A stretch of DNA of 64,000 nucleotides, from contig OZ024743.1 in the NCBI GenBank assembly GCA_964016885.1, forward strand, positions 212,660,001 through 212,724,000, given 5' to 3'. Under the pieces are notes generated by a model that saw only the letters and a program-made list of their open reading frames with translations, had not been told where the DNA came from and did not search any database. A program made the position numbers and the translations under genes. Shown here in pieces: positions 13,731 to 26,810 of the stretch (the stretch's first letter is position 1; the number at the start of each line of letters is the position of its first letter). This DNA comes from Eledone cirrhosa. Its lineage: Eukaryota.

Positions 13731-13772
13731 TGTATGTATGTATGTATGTATGTATGTATGTATGTATGTATG

Positions 13773-14383
13773 TCAGGTCACCAGTTGATGCTACTGGTAA
13801 CATGTATCCAAGTACAACCTGTCTCATGGTCGGGTCGTTGGCGAATAAACTGGCAACCCCACCAAGGTTTCTTGGTGAGGAGGGGGACTTTGGACATCCT
13901 GCAGGACTAAAAACAAAACCTGTCAAAGGGTAAAGGAGCTCTTAAGAGTCAATGGCCATCCAAAATCACCGGGAGAGATGACCCCTTAGCCTTTGTCAAG
14001 GCAGAATTCTAGGAGAAGGAAAACTCTGATATAACACCTGCAACCCTGATGGTATCCAATGATGTTGACTTGTTCTTCTTTTTGGTAAATATCATCTTGG
14101 TTAAGAGAGTGGGACTGGCTTTGTGCAGTGCCTTTGCTCACTATAAAAGCTTCACGGCACAGCCATTGCTTTATATCTGTAGATCTCTCTGCACTTGTCG
14201 TCACATGGTACCATGGGCCCAGCACTATGTGTCAATAATTGTCACAAGTGTAGTGTTTGTACCAGAGTTTTCAAGTCGCTGGCTGGACTAAAAAGTCACA
14301 CTCGTTCAGCGCATCGGTAGGGGTTCTCCTACATGGATATAAAGTAGTGGCCGTACTCGAAAACGAGTTGGCAGCCACCACCA
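13773..14383 (+). mobile_element. Non-coding interspersed element inserted in (TATG)n
   Basis: 5' part (GCTACTGGTAACATG...TAAACTGGCAAC) and 3' end (GCAGCCAYCA) shared with 6318-6790 (-), 55173-55365 (-) and 15180-15220. Confidence 0.6.
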
Positions 14384-14394
14384 TGTATGTATGT

Positions 14395-14885
14395 ATGACA
14401 CTAACATCTCTGCTGATACATGGGAAAATATTGCTGCTGATCGTAATAAATGGAGAAAGACTGTATATGAGGGAAAAGTTGCCTTTGAGGCATCTCGAAT
14501 CGCATACGAGAAAGTAAAGCGGGATGTGAGGAAGGGAATTGCTGTTGCACTTCCAGACGGTGAGGGTCCTCCTATGATGCTGACATGCAGCGTCTGTGCG
14601 AGACTCTGCCTAAGCAAAGCTGGACTCGAAAGTCATCTTCGCAGTCATAAAGTAAGACCAGTGGTTGACTACCAGGCTGCTGTTAGAGATGCTACTCATC
14701 ATGCTTGCCAAACATGTGGTAGAGAATGTAAATCAGCAGGAGGGCTTACGCGACATGCAAAAGTACATGAACTCCAACCACAGCCGGCTATTCCCAGTGA
14801 ATGTTTTGGTTGCCGACTCTGTGCAAGACAATTTAGATAATTGGCTGGGCTAAAAAGCCACATTCGATCGCAGCGCTGTTAGTTG
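14395..14885 (+). mobile_element. RTE-like LINE C-terminus with three C2H2 zinc fingers
   Basis: WENIAADRNKWR, then CSVC..GLESHLRSH, CQTC..GLTRHAKVH, CRLC..GLKSHIRS (stop in the third finger). Confidence 0.7.
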
Positions 14886-14888
14886 CTA

Positions 14889-14923
<35 letters not shown>

Positions 14924-15087
14924 GATATGTTTATGTGTGTGCGTGCGTGTGTATATATATATGTATATGTATATTATTATTGTTGTTGTTGTCGTTATTA
15001 TTATTGTTGTTATTATTATTATTATTATTATTGATATTAATGTATATGTGTGTATGTATATATATATATGTGTGTATATATGTATAT

Positions 15088-15121
<34 letters not shown>

Positions 15122-15359
15122 ATTTCTTTTTTTTATTTTTATTTTATTTTTTATTTATTTATTAATATTTTTTTTCTCCTCGTGCAATAGCCATACTCGA
15201 TAACGAGGAGGCAGCCATCATGTATGTATGTATGTATGTATGTATGTATGTATGTATGTATGTATGTATGTATGTATGTATGTATGTATGTATGTATGCA
15301 TGTATGTATGTATGTATGTATGTATGTATGTATGTATGTATGTGTGTAGGTATGCATCT

Positions 15360-15424
<65 letters not shown>

Positions 15425-15430
<6 letters not shown>

Positions 15431-18400
15431 CCCACTGCAAAACAAACTAATGGAGGGCTTTGAGAAAGAGATGGCCAATATTATTTCAGGCGTCAAATTC
15501 AATAGGTTCCCATCTAAGGAGCAGCCTCACCTCAGGAAACTACCAAATAGAATCTCTGCACTAAAACTCTCACACGGAATTCCCGTTCATGCGGATAAAA
15601 CGAGTAACCTCTACAACTTGGATGCAGCAACTTATAGAAAACTAATACTTAAGGAACTTAGAAAGAATTACAAGAAAACTACACAGGCTAACCTTGACGA
15701 CATTAACGAGCGAACTAATAGAATAGTGAATAAACTCAGCATTGCCGATAGGACCGGACCTTACCAACTCAAAAAACCCCGTATCTTTCTGAAGGATCAC
15801 AAACCGAACTTATAGTACCATAAAAGACTGACATCGGGTGTATTATCAAAAGAATACTGGACAGAATCATACCAATCCTTAAAAAAAACTTCCAATTACA
15901 GCAATGGTCCAGAACGGGGGAAGTGATAGAGTGGTTTAACGGCCTGCAGTGCAAAGGTAGGACAAATTTTATACAGCTAGATATATGTAATTATTATGCA
16001 TCCATCTCCCCGGTGGTACTTAACAAGGCACTTATGTTTGCACGCAGACATACTGATTTAACCCGGGATGAAATTAATATCATTCATACTGTCAGGAAGA
16101 CACTGATAGGTTTCAACGGTGAGCTCTGGATTAGGAGAGAGTGGCCGGACAATTTTGACATCACGATGGGATCGAGCGACTCGGTGCAGGTTACTGACCT
16201 GGCGGGCCTCTACATCCTCAGGAACCTGAAAAGCGAGATCCCATCGTTAGGCGGTGGAATATACTGCGACGATGCGTTGTTTACGCTACTCGACCACAGC
16301 AACACCATGATAAATAGGACTAGAAAGAGCTTAATTAAATTTTTCAAAAACATAGGTCTCAGCATAGACATAGAAAATAATAGAAAGATAGTCAACTTCC
16401 TGGATGTTACCCTCAATCTAGAATCCGGCCTCTACTACCCGTACCACAAGCCGAACGAGTGCCTCAAGTACGTAAATGCCAACTCTAACCATCCCGGGTC
16501 AGTCAGGAGGACCATAGTTAATAGCGTATCCCGTAGGATTTCTTCTCTGTCAGCTAGCCAGGAAACCTTCAATAGCGTAGCTAGCTATTATAACAATGCC
16601 CTTAGTAATGCAGGTTACAAGGAAGGAATTAAGTTTATACCCAGTCTAATGAATTACGTTACCGCTGACAGTAACACATCAGTAGGAAACCACGACGGGA
16701 CCAACACGACTAGGACTTCATTACTCATCCCTGATACCACACTACAGAGTAATCCTGGAGGAACTGCTAACCATGGCTTATTAGGAAGGGACCGGACCTC
16801 GTCTACATTGGAAAACAAGAAAGCCAACGCGGTGGAGCCGCGGGGGACATGTGTGGGTCCGAGAGTAAGCGGGAAGGTACGAACCGCCTTCCTCGCTATG
16901 AACGGAGACCACTCAGTTCGGAGTGTTCTGATCGGCTTAACCAACCCCACGGGCAACGACGAATGGGGGGAGGGGGCATGGCTCTTCCAGACGTCCGCAA
17001 CGAATATGTAACACATACTCTGACGGAACGGGTACAGGGACTGGTGACTACAACGAGAAGCGAACCCGTTCCCGTAATGTCATTTGGTTTAACCCCCCCC
17101 CCTTCTGCGCCGGTTTACACAACAACATAGCGGCCTCTTTCTTCAGAGCTTTGGATAAGCACTTCCATAAGCAGCACTGGTACCACGCCATTTTCAACAG
17201 ACACACTATTAAATTGTTCTACTCAACAACTAGAAACCTAGTGCAAAATATAGAAGCCTTGAACCGCAGTAGGTTAAAAAAACGTCCGCAACTCCAGGGG
17301 AAACAGCAACCGTGAGGAGACGCACCACGCAAATGCCTCTTCGTCTGTTGGTAACATCTTAAACCGTGAAAGACCGGGGAATCATACAACGCGATCCGGA
17401 GATCCGGGCGGCAACACGCCTCCGGGCTGTAATTGTAGAAACCCCAGTAACTTCCCCCTGGAGGGTAGGTGCCTCGGCAGTCGCTTAGTGTATGAATGTA
17501 GGGTGAATACCAACAACCAAACCTTCACCTATATCGGAGCCACAGCTAATAAATTTAAGGAACGCTGGTACAATCACTGCCACTCCTTTAAGAGAGTTGA
17601 TAAGAAACACAGCACCAGCCTCTCAGAACTGGCGCGGCATCTCAAACATGATAACGTAGAATACACCTTGTCATGGTCCAAGGTAGCGATTTGTGTGTCA
17701 CCGAGATTATGGAAATAATCGAGAGGGGAGCTCGAGTTATCAATAAAAGGAGTAACCCCTTCAGCACTTGCCTCCACAGATCATCTAGAACCTTCCACAA
17801 ACTGTACCGACTAACAACATTGTTATACTGGTTGAAGACTATTGCAAACTTGGCCGTGGAAGCCGGGCGTGGCCACGAAACAACCCCAGCGTCAGGCGAA
17901 CCTTGGATACCTTGTTTGTACACCTGGAGTCTCTATGTGTACATGTTTCTTGTCCCTTCTTCCTTATTTCTCTGTTTATGTAGCTATTGTTGTTTTTTTA
18001 TATATTTTTGTCCCGTTCTTTTATTATTGTATTCTCTATATGTGTTTTCGATTTATTATCTGGTTGTTCCTGTCCCTACCTTCGATTCCCGTAACTCCCT
18101 TCCATAGCCTAACAGCACTTTTAATAGTATTGTTGCCACTGTAGTTAAGACTAAATGCTATAATTATTGCTAGCCTTGTGCCTTGGAATGATAGAGAGGA
18201 CTGTATTAACTGTGCATGTATTTCTTTATATATATAAATACGCATCTATGTTTCTATCCCATTTTCACTTCCTTCTTTCAACGTAATACTATTGTGGTTA
18301 GTTTATTTTTCATGGAAGCGAGGCCTTTTCCTGTTGCCGCCGTCGCCGTGGTAGGATCATCACTGTTGTTGTTGTTGGTGGTGGTGGTGTTACCAATGGC

Positions 18401-19187
18401 TTAATACTAATATAAATGATACCACCACTACTACGACGAACGGAGTGGGTGATGGGTGGTGTGTTGGTGCTTGTTGTCATTACCATTGTTGTTGTTGCTA
18501 TATATGGTTATGGTGATTGATATCACCAACTCTGTCTACCCACCTACCTCTGAACTCCTTTTTATTGCTTTGGTGTTATCGCTGTTTATTGTCGACAGGG
18601 TGATACCGTCACTGCGACTGCTGCGGCCAGTATACACGACGCTGGTCTGTGTTTTTGCTGTTGTTGTTGTTGTAAGTGTTTACTAGAGCTGTTGCTTTAG
18701 TTGTTGTTGTCAATAGGGTGGTGGTATCACCACGACTATTGCGGCCAGTGTGGACAATATTGGTCGGTGGTTTGCTGTTATTGTCGTTATTGTTGTTGTC
18801 GTTGTCGTTGTTGTTGTCGTTGTTGTTGTCTATCGGTGGTTGTCAACAACATATATACCCCACCCTCCCCCAGAGCTCCATTTATTGCTTTCACTGTCTA
18901 CTGGATTTTGGCTACACACAGTTCTTCGTTCTTTTCGTCTTTTTCGTTGATAACTTTTTCTAGCAAACACGACGGCTGGCAAACCTGGAACTCATATGTA
19001 TGCTGAGCACACAGGCATTAGGATGTGTGTGTTTTCCTGCTAACGACATATCAAACATATCGATTTTCATCTGAGGATACCGTTCTCATAATCAACAGCA
19101 AATGCATGAAGGACATCTCGATTGCATGGAGAACCGTGAAAATAATTATAATGATTAAACGATATATGTAGCTTCAGCATCTTATTT

Positions 19188-19190
<3 letters not shown>
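15425..19190 (+). mobile_element. Penelope-like element, degenerate (same broad clade as 7305-10232)
   Basis: ADKTSNLY, KDHK, QLDICNYY, ITMGSSDS, IYCDD, NFLDV, CNC...PL.GRCL, VYEC...YIGAT (GIY-YIG). Several frameshifts and deletions. Hammerhead-like motif at the 3' end. Confidence 0.9.
19067..19154 (+). ncRNA. Hammerhead-like motif at PLE 3' end
   Basis: TCAT-CTGAGGA-(GTTCTC/GAGAAC stem II)-GAAAAT-AATT-ATA-ATGA; one extra A in the core. Confidence 0.6.
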
Positions 19191-19231
<41 letters not shown>

Positions 19232-19236
<5 letters not shown>

Positions 19237-19527
19237 GTCGGTTAGACTGATCAACCCCACACGTTCGGACATCGGTCCATTCAGCAAAGAGATCCTTGAT
19301 AGAATACTACGATCGCTGCGTGCAGCCTCACCTCTCCCACTCTGGAGTAGAATTGTCCGATAAATCTAACACCCGTTTTCTGCAACTGGACATAGAGGAC
19401 TACTACGCTTCTATCTCAGAGCCTCTACTGAAGGGTGCACTTGCTTTTGCCAGGAATTTCACCACTATCACCGACGCTGAGCAGGATGTGATGCTCCACA
19501 CCCGTAAGGCTTTTTACACTACAAAGG

Positions 19528-19530
<3 letters not shown>
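19232..19530 (+). mobile_element. Penelope-like RT fragment
   Basis: VRLINPTRSDIG...FLQLDIEDYYASISEPLL, homologous to 15830-16100; bounded by (TA)n on both sides. Confidence 0.85.
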
Positions 19531-19564
<34 letters not shown>

Positions 19565-19567
<3 letters not shown>

Positions 19568-19738
19568 GGAAGAAGTAGGACTCCGACGGCTAATTCTGAG
19601 TTCAGAATTAGCCGTCGAAACGGCTTGAGCTCAGCCATCGGGGTCCTACTTGTTCCTACTACCCACTCTACTACCCTAAGTATTGAGTACTTTGGTGCGT
19701 TATGGTCCATCTGGTTCCTTACCACATTTCCTTCGTTA
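19565..19738 (+). mobile_element. Palindrome-plus-tail element (third copy)
   Basis: Same family as 10433-10810 and 45234-45428; left arm partly deleted. Confidence 0.8.
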
Positions 19739-19746
19739 TATATATA

Positions 19747-22700
19747 TGTTTCTTTTATTTGCCACTAGGGCATCAAAAGTGGGACAAGTACAAAGGGGGG
19801 AGTTTACACAAAAAGGCGTCCTCAATAAGGAGGAGGCAATAACAAAATATAAAAATAAAATAAGATATAACAAAAAATAAAATTTATAACAAAATCCTCA
19901 ATAGAGAGGAGGCGCCTTGGGGGGTCGCACACACCCCCGAAAAAAGTGTGCAACCCTTTTCCTCAGGAGCACAGAGAGGGGGTGCTCCCTCGTTCCTTCC
20001 TCTTTTCCACCTACAGGCTTATGTAAAGAGAAGGCCCATTCACACGGGCCATTCTCGCCACTTTCACCCACCTTTCATAAAAACGACTGGGGTGCAGCAC
20101 CTCTCTCTCCATCCTGATCCTTCTTCCGAAATGATATCGGAAGAAACGGACCAGTTGTTGGCCAGAGAGAAAGGTGCCTGACCTCAGTCCTTTCAGACGC
20201 GTCCACTATACAACCTCTTTCGCCATGGCTATTACGCACAGAAACACCGCCTCTGCTTCATCTTTGAAGGGGGGAGGCGGCTTGATCATTACAATAGACT
20301 CGGTGGTCAACCGGATCGGTCCCACCCTTGACAGCAGTTGTTCGACATAGCCCCACAGATCGGCTACGCCCGAGCAGTGTACCAATGCGTGTGCAACGGT
20401 TTCCTCGTCGCACACGCATCTGGGACAGATCTTTTTGGCGGGGTCCCTACCCGGGCGCCCGTGTCTGTAGAGCCTTTCTCGAACGGGTAAAGCCCCTCGG
20501 TAGCACTGCCAGGCCAGGGACTTCTGGAAGTTGTCCATAGGTCCCGGGCTGAATGTCCTACCGAACAGGCTGGCCAGTTCGTCCTCCTCCATGTCTAGGG
20601 CTTCTCCGAGGGCGTCGTCGCACCTGCTGCGTACCAGCCCTCTATAGAATGTTGCGGTGGAGTCTCCACTGATAACCGGATCCGCCTGCCAGAGGGCGGT
20701 GAGCGCCTGGGCACACTCAGTGTGCCAGGCGCCCAGTTTTCTCGGTCTTTGCTTGACCCAGGATTGCAGCTCGGTGAGTGAGACGAGTCTGGGAAAGGTT
20801 CGTCTCACAAACGAGGCCCACACCGGTTGTCCGGTGAGGAATACGTAGAGGTGCCGTAGCCTTAATGCGTGTTTACGCATCATTAGCCACGGCATCCCCA
20901 GCCCTCCTTTCGAAGGGTGTTCACAGCAGATGGATCTCCTCACCATAGGAGCCCGCCTCTTCCAAAGGAATTGGAAGAGCGCGCGCTCCATCTTGGTGAG
21001 GGTTTCCCTTGGGCAGGGCACTACGGTCAGGCGGTAGTAGATGACGGACGCTATATAAGTGTTCGCCACCTCCGCCCGACCTTTCAGGGATTGTTTGCAA
21101 CTGGCCCACTTCTGGGTCATTGCAAACACCCTGTTCGTAACCTCCGCCCAGTTTTTCTCCACCTGGAGGTCCGGTCCGAACCAGACCCCGAGCAACTTCA
21201 CCGGGCCCTCCGTCCAGCGTCCGACGACGCCATCGGAGGGCATCGGTCTGCCCCTCCACGTGCCGAGTTGCAAACCGATCGACTTGTCCCGGTTCAGCTT
21301 AGCCCCTGTGAACTTTTCGTACTCCTCCAGTAAGGTGCCGACCGCCTCGATTTCGGAGGCCGTCGACACCATTACTGTCACATCATCGGCGTAGGCTGAC
21401 ACCGCTTTCCGTAATCCCGGTTCCAAAGGGATGCCCTGCAACAACTCCAACTTCCGCAGTAGTGGCTCGAGAGTCAACACATACAGAAGGGAGGAGAGAG
21501 GGCACCCTTGTCGGATGGACCGCGCGATTTTGAACGGCTCCGAGAGGTAGCCGTTCACCTTGACCCTAGAGCAGATGCGGCTGCTGTGCATAACAGTGAT
21601 CTAGCCCCTGAAAACGGGTCCGAAGCCTGCCGCCGCTAGCACCGCATCCAGGTAACCATGGTCGACCCTATCGAACGCCTTAGATTGATCCAAGTTGATC
21701 AGAGCCCCACCAAAGCCGGGTTCGTTCCCAACTCTCTCTATGATGTATCGCATGAGGTGGAGGTTGTCATGGATGGACCTGGACGGGATAGCGCATGTCT
21801 GCGCATCTCCCACCAGGTTGCCCACGACAAGCGCCAACCTCTTTGCTAGCACCTTGGCCAAAATCTGTAACTCTGTATTTAGCAGAGTTATGGGCCTGAA
21901 GTTACTTATTTCGTCCCCCTTGTTCTCGTCCTTCCTCACTAGCGTGACTACGCCCTTGGTCACAGTACAGGGAATTCTCCCGTTCTGTTGCCAGTTGCAG
22001 TAGACCGCCTCGAGGAGATCGGGGAACAAGTCCGGCATAGCTAGATATAATTCGTAAGGAAGACCATCGAGACCCGGGGATTTGCGTTTGCCGCATTGGC
22101 TCAGCACGTCCTCTATCTCAGCGGCCGAAATCGGCTCCTCGCAGGACTTCGCCTCCCTGTCCGAGAGGCGCGGCAGGCCGTCGAGGTATGGACCGAAGTC
22201 CACGTTCCCAACCGGCTCCCCTCCCCTCCCGAACAGTCGGGAAAAGTGCCTTTGAAAGGCCTCACACATCTGCTTAGGCTCAAGAATCGCCCGTCCATCC
22301 AGGTCTCGCAAAGACCGGATGGTGGATTTAGTTCCACTGTTGGCCTCTGTCACGCGGGCCCAGCTAACAGCTTTGGTCCCCTCGTTCCCTAGAGCACGTA
22401 TTTTACTTCGGACAACGCAACCTTCGTGCTTCGCGTCGAAAAACTGGCTCAAAGCCGTTCTCGACGCTAGCACTCTGGCTACGTCGCCGCTTCTAATTGC
22501 CTATTCTACTCTATCTATTAGCTCCCTTTCCTTCCTATTCCTATCCGCAGCTAGAACCTTACTAAATTCAATCGAGACTACTCTAATCTCTCTCTTTAGA
22601 GATACCCACCACCTGCTGTTGACGATCGCTCCAGTCAACCGTTCCTTAACTAACGTACTAATCCGATTCCTGTAGGCTCTACTTGCCGGCAAGGACAAGT

Positions 22701-22830
22701 TGAGCTTCCAGTAACCGGGGCCCTGTCTATGCGTTCTATCAAGGTTGACCATGCAGGTCACCAACTTGTGGTCTGAATAGCCAACCATGAGCATTTCTGG
22801 ACAGCTTAAAAAGTCCCTGTCCTTATTATA
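19747..22830 (-). mobile_element. Tx1/L1-clade non-LTR retrotransposon, 5'-truncated ORF2
   Basis: End of APE domain (SDH, GYWKLN), KSPGLDG, FRPITLLN, DQSKAFDRV, RQGCPLS, YADD and C-terminal CPRC...H...C. Stops at 22501, 21601 and 20206. Confidence 0.93.
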
Positions 22831-22867
22831 CACGGGTGTGTATGATTGTGTATAGAAGATTATATTA

Positions 22868-23177
22868 ATAAGAGGAATTCCAACTTTGTCTGATTTACAC
22901 GTTTTATTTACAATCCTTTAAAATTTATAATTTTTATAATGGTATTATAATGGTATTATAATGAAATAGTATGATAGAATATTAAATTCTAAGTGTTAAT
23001 TGAACAAGTACTTTCATGCTTTCGCAATCATGCTTTCGCATGCATGAAAGTACTTGTTCAATTAACACTTAGAATTTAATATTCTATCATACTATTTCAT
23101 TATAATACCATTATAAAAATTATAAATTTTAAAGGATTGTAAATAAAACGAGTAAATCAGACAAAGTTGGAATTCCT

Positions 23178-23182
<5 letters not shown>
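22868..23182. repeat. Long AT-rich near-perfect palindrome (~145-bp arms)
   Basis: ATAAGAGGAATTCCAACTTTGTC...GACAAAGTTGGAATTCCTCTTAT, centre CATGCTTTCGCAATCATGCTTTCGCATG; followed by (TA)n. Confidence 0.9.
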
Positions 23183-23249
<67 letters not shown>

Positions 23250-23307
23250 ACTATTGGAATTGAATAATCAAAACCGTAGCGGTATGTCGCATATCCAATC
23301 TCTCATA

Positions 23308-23370
23308 TATTTTATCTGATGAAAACGTACTTAAACACCATTGTACCTTTGAAATATGTATAATGAAATA
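23308..23370 (+). ncRNA. Minimal type I hammerhead ribozyme upstream of PLE ORF
   Basis: TATTTTAT-CTGATGA-AAACGTAC/GTACCTTT-GAAAT-ATGT-ATA-ATGAAATA; 8-bp stem I. Confidence 0.8.
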
Positions 23371-23396
23371 TATATTTTGGTTATGAGAATATTTTG

Positions 23397-23456
<60 letters not shown>

Positions 23457-23624
23457 GTGTGTATGTTTCTTATTGGCAACATGACCCTCCCAAAGTATAA
23501 CAATATCGGTTTCAACACACATTTTCAGATAAAGAATCTTGCTAAACAAATTCAGAAACGAAATATCGTAAGCCTTAGCCAGGCTAACAAGATACTGAAA
23601 ATCACAATGCTCTGTTGTCTACGA

Positions 23625-23927
23625 TGTAGTTAGAAAAAGCTATCTCACTTACCGCTTTTCACAGGCGCCGCTAAATCCACTGCAGGTTACTCCTCTTCCA
23701 CGTGCGTCCAACTGCTTAACACCGGGAGCTGCCCAAAACTCGCGTCCACGCCGTGTGCTGGTCACCACTAGAGAGAGGCTCTCTGCTGGCCCTTCCGGTC
23801 GAGCATCCTTCCAGCCAAAAGGCCCTTCCGGTCGAGCGCTCCCCCGCCTCCGGCCACCGCACGCCACACACCCTTCCGGTCGAGCACTCCCCCGCCTCCG
23901 GCCACCGCACGCCACACCATACCCACA
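23625..23927 (-). repeat. 3' LTR of Gypsy element
   Basis: Direct repeat of 27595-27896, preceded on the minus strand by the polypurine tract. Confidence 0.95.
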
Positions 23928-23940
23928 CGCCCCCCTGATC

Positions 23941-26810
23941 TCAAGGATCAATTTCCCCCTCATCCCTCTGCATATGAAAGTCTGCTGTCCAGGTCGGTGG
24001 TCTACGACTCCGTTGCGATCTTCGTAGCATTGGGGCAGGGCTCTGGGTTTCCACCTCATCTTGGGTTTCCTCTTCTTCGGAGTCCGTCGACACAGTGATT
24101 CTTCTTACATCCAGGACATGACGTGGTACCCCGTCCACGGACACATTGTTCTTTGAATTTACGGCCGTCACCGTTTCCCTTCCCCATTGAGATGTGCAAC
24201 GTGGATCTGGGGCCTTAACCCAGACTTTTTCGCCCACCTGCACGAATGCACTCTCTCTCCCCACTGGCCGTTGTGGTGGCGTGCACGGGTGCCGCCACTC
24301 GTATTTGAATACTGCTCTGTGTGGCACCGATTCCTCGACCTGTCCAACCCGAGGGGACATATTGTACCAGAACACTGCCTCCATTGGTGAGATATGGCCC
24401 CGCTCCGCCATTGCCTTGATCGTCCGATGGTGTCGCTCCACGATTCCATTCCCGCTCGGCCTGTGCGCCGCTCTGAAGAAACGGTCCACCTTCCATCCAT
24501 CGAGCATCTCCCTCAGTGCCTCCGAGCGGAACCCTGCGCTGTTGTCCATCAGCAGTTCGTCCACAGGGCCCCGCTCCAAGAACACCTCTCTCAACGTCCG
24601 CATGATTTCCTCGGCCGTTCCAGTCTTCATCTCCCTCCATATCGCCATTCGACCTGGTCCACAGTCGACCATCGTGAGGTACGTTCCCTGCCGGTAGTGC
24701 GTCAAATCCACCGCTAATCGCTTTCAGTCGCGATCCACCGGGAGGCTTCCCGTTTCGTGTACACCCGGGGCGGGATCAATGGACTGACATCGGACGCAGC
24801 CTCTAACCCCCCCCCAAACACTGTGTCTGCTAACGTCCGAGTCGATTCTCCTGGCTAGGAACAGGCTCCTATCCACCCCCATGTGGTGCATGTCATGCAA
24901 CCCCTTCAGGTCTAACTCGGTCAGCCGACACACGGCAGCTATCTCATCCTCTACCTCCTCCGGCGCTTCCATCCAGGCTTTCTTCACTCTAGTTAAGATG
25001 TCCGCCCTATTTTTCTCTGAGGGCACGAACACTACGCTCAGCTTCAGGTCGAACTCGGTGGCCAGCTCTCCTAACGTTCCCAGGCGGCGCTTTATCAGCA
25101 TCTCCGCCGCGCCTCTCGTTCGCACTCTCTTCTCACTGGTGAGCACTGATCTTACCCATCCGAGTACAGTAGCCGAGTCAGTGCGTATCTCGATGGTGCG
25201 CAGCCCCCACCGCAGGGCGAGGTTCACCCCTCTCAACACCGCGTCCAGCTCGGCCACATTGATGTGGCTGCAGTCGTCCTTCTTTCTAAGCCAGGCTGCA
25301 TCCTCGACCTCAAAACCTCCTATCTCCAACGTGACACCCAGCGCTATGCTGCTGCCATGGCACCATACGGTCCCGCTCTCTGATTTGGGAACGTACCAGC
25401 GTCCCCGCACTGGGTCGTCGGCCTTCACCCTCCCCAGGATCTCCTGCATCATGGCCACCGTCCTCTCTCCCACTCTGTCACTCCAAGTCACCCCTCCCGC
25501 TCGTCTCTTGACATAGCTGCATGACGTCCGGAGCCACCCAGCGATCGGGTAGTGACCCACCAGCTTTCCACACACCAAGAAAAGCTCCCGCCTATTCATA
25601 CTTGGGCCCAGTTCCGGAACTTCGTTTCCTCTCTGGAACACCAAAACGCCCGTCTTGTCTCGCCGTAGCCTAAGTCCCAGCGCGGCTCCTCCCTCCAATG
25701 CTTCTGATGGCTTCGCAGTCAGTCCATACCTCCGCAAATGGCTCGTGACCTCCGCCGTCGACACCACCGACTCGTCCACTAGGATGTCGTCAATATAGGA
25801 GTCAGTAGCCCTCCTTATCTTGTCGGCCCTCCCCAGAGCGGTCTTGAGGACCGCCGCCATGATCTTCGGCGCGGAGCTCAGCCCGAAACCGAGCCTGGTC
25901 AGGCAATATCTCCGGCCCTTATACCTGACCAGCTGATACCGCCAGAGCTTCTCATCTATATGCAACTGCAAGTAAGCCGACTTTAGATCCACGATCGCTG
26001 AAACCCCCGTCATGCGTTTCCACTCACGCAGGGTTTCCCCACAGACATCCGTGACCTCGCCACCCGTGTGGCATGACACGTGCTCGTTCAGCTCCCGATA
26101 GTCCAGCACCGGCCTCACCTTGCTCTTCGTGGGTTGCACCACCGCCATCAACGGCAATACTCCGCACTTCACCTCCTCCTTCCAAGGAAGCAGTATGCCC
26201 TCTTCGATCCATCTCTCTACTTCTCGCTCGAACTCGCTCCTAGCGTTTCCCTTCAATGTGTGTTGATAGCAGCCCACTTTGGTCTTCAGTGTTGGTGGTT
26301 CTCCCTTCCAGTACCACTCAACAACCCATCGCTGCCCATCAAACACGGCCTTGAAGTCTTTGTCCTGCATAGTGTAAGCGGGATATTCCTCCTCGTGTGC
26401 CTTCTGGTTCTCATGACGTGCACTCACAGCGTATACTGATGCAGCGGCGCCAAACGACACACCGACATTGTTCACCGTGACGCCCCCTAGACGGCCAATC
26501 GCGTCCATGCCCACAACCACGCCGATCCCATCCACCACACTGTCTACCACGATGGCGGAAAGCCTTATCCTCCTTCCCCGTACCGTTATTTCCATCTCGC
26601 TGCGACCTCGGCATTCAATTTTCCTGCCGTCGACTGCCCTTACGCTGCTCTTCCCTCCCCACCTCTGCGCAACCCCCGCTGTCACCAGTGTCGTCGTACA
26701 GCCCGTATCCACGAGGGCTCGCTGTGGCTTCCCCCTCACGAAGACTTCCACCACGGGCAGCGCCGCTACTCGTAAAGGGCAACTACCGGCGCAGTAGTTC
26801 CCCTTGGATC
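23941..26810 (-). pseudogene. pol: Gypsy Pol (protease, RT, RNase H, integrase) with one premature stop
   Basis: ALVDTG protease, YIDD RT, RNase H (NVAELDAV, RTDS), HHCC and integrase core (VDLT, MDNS, NGIVER). In-frame TGA at 24724-24726 where Trp is expected (RD*KRLAVD). Confidence 0.92.

Noticed and set aside
8693-17800. Selenocysteine (in-frame TGA) recoding, reported for some PLE clades
   Set aside because: The conserved Cys positions I checked use normal Cys codons, and I saw no in-frame TGA at those sites.
24724-24726. Programmed read-through within integrase
   Set aside because: The stop sits at a Trp position (TGG to TGA) in the W-x-x-L-A-V-D motif; a simple nonsense mutation is more likely.
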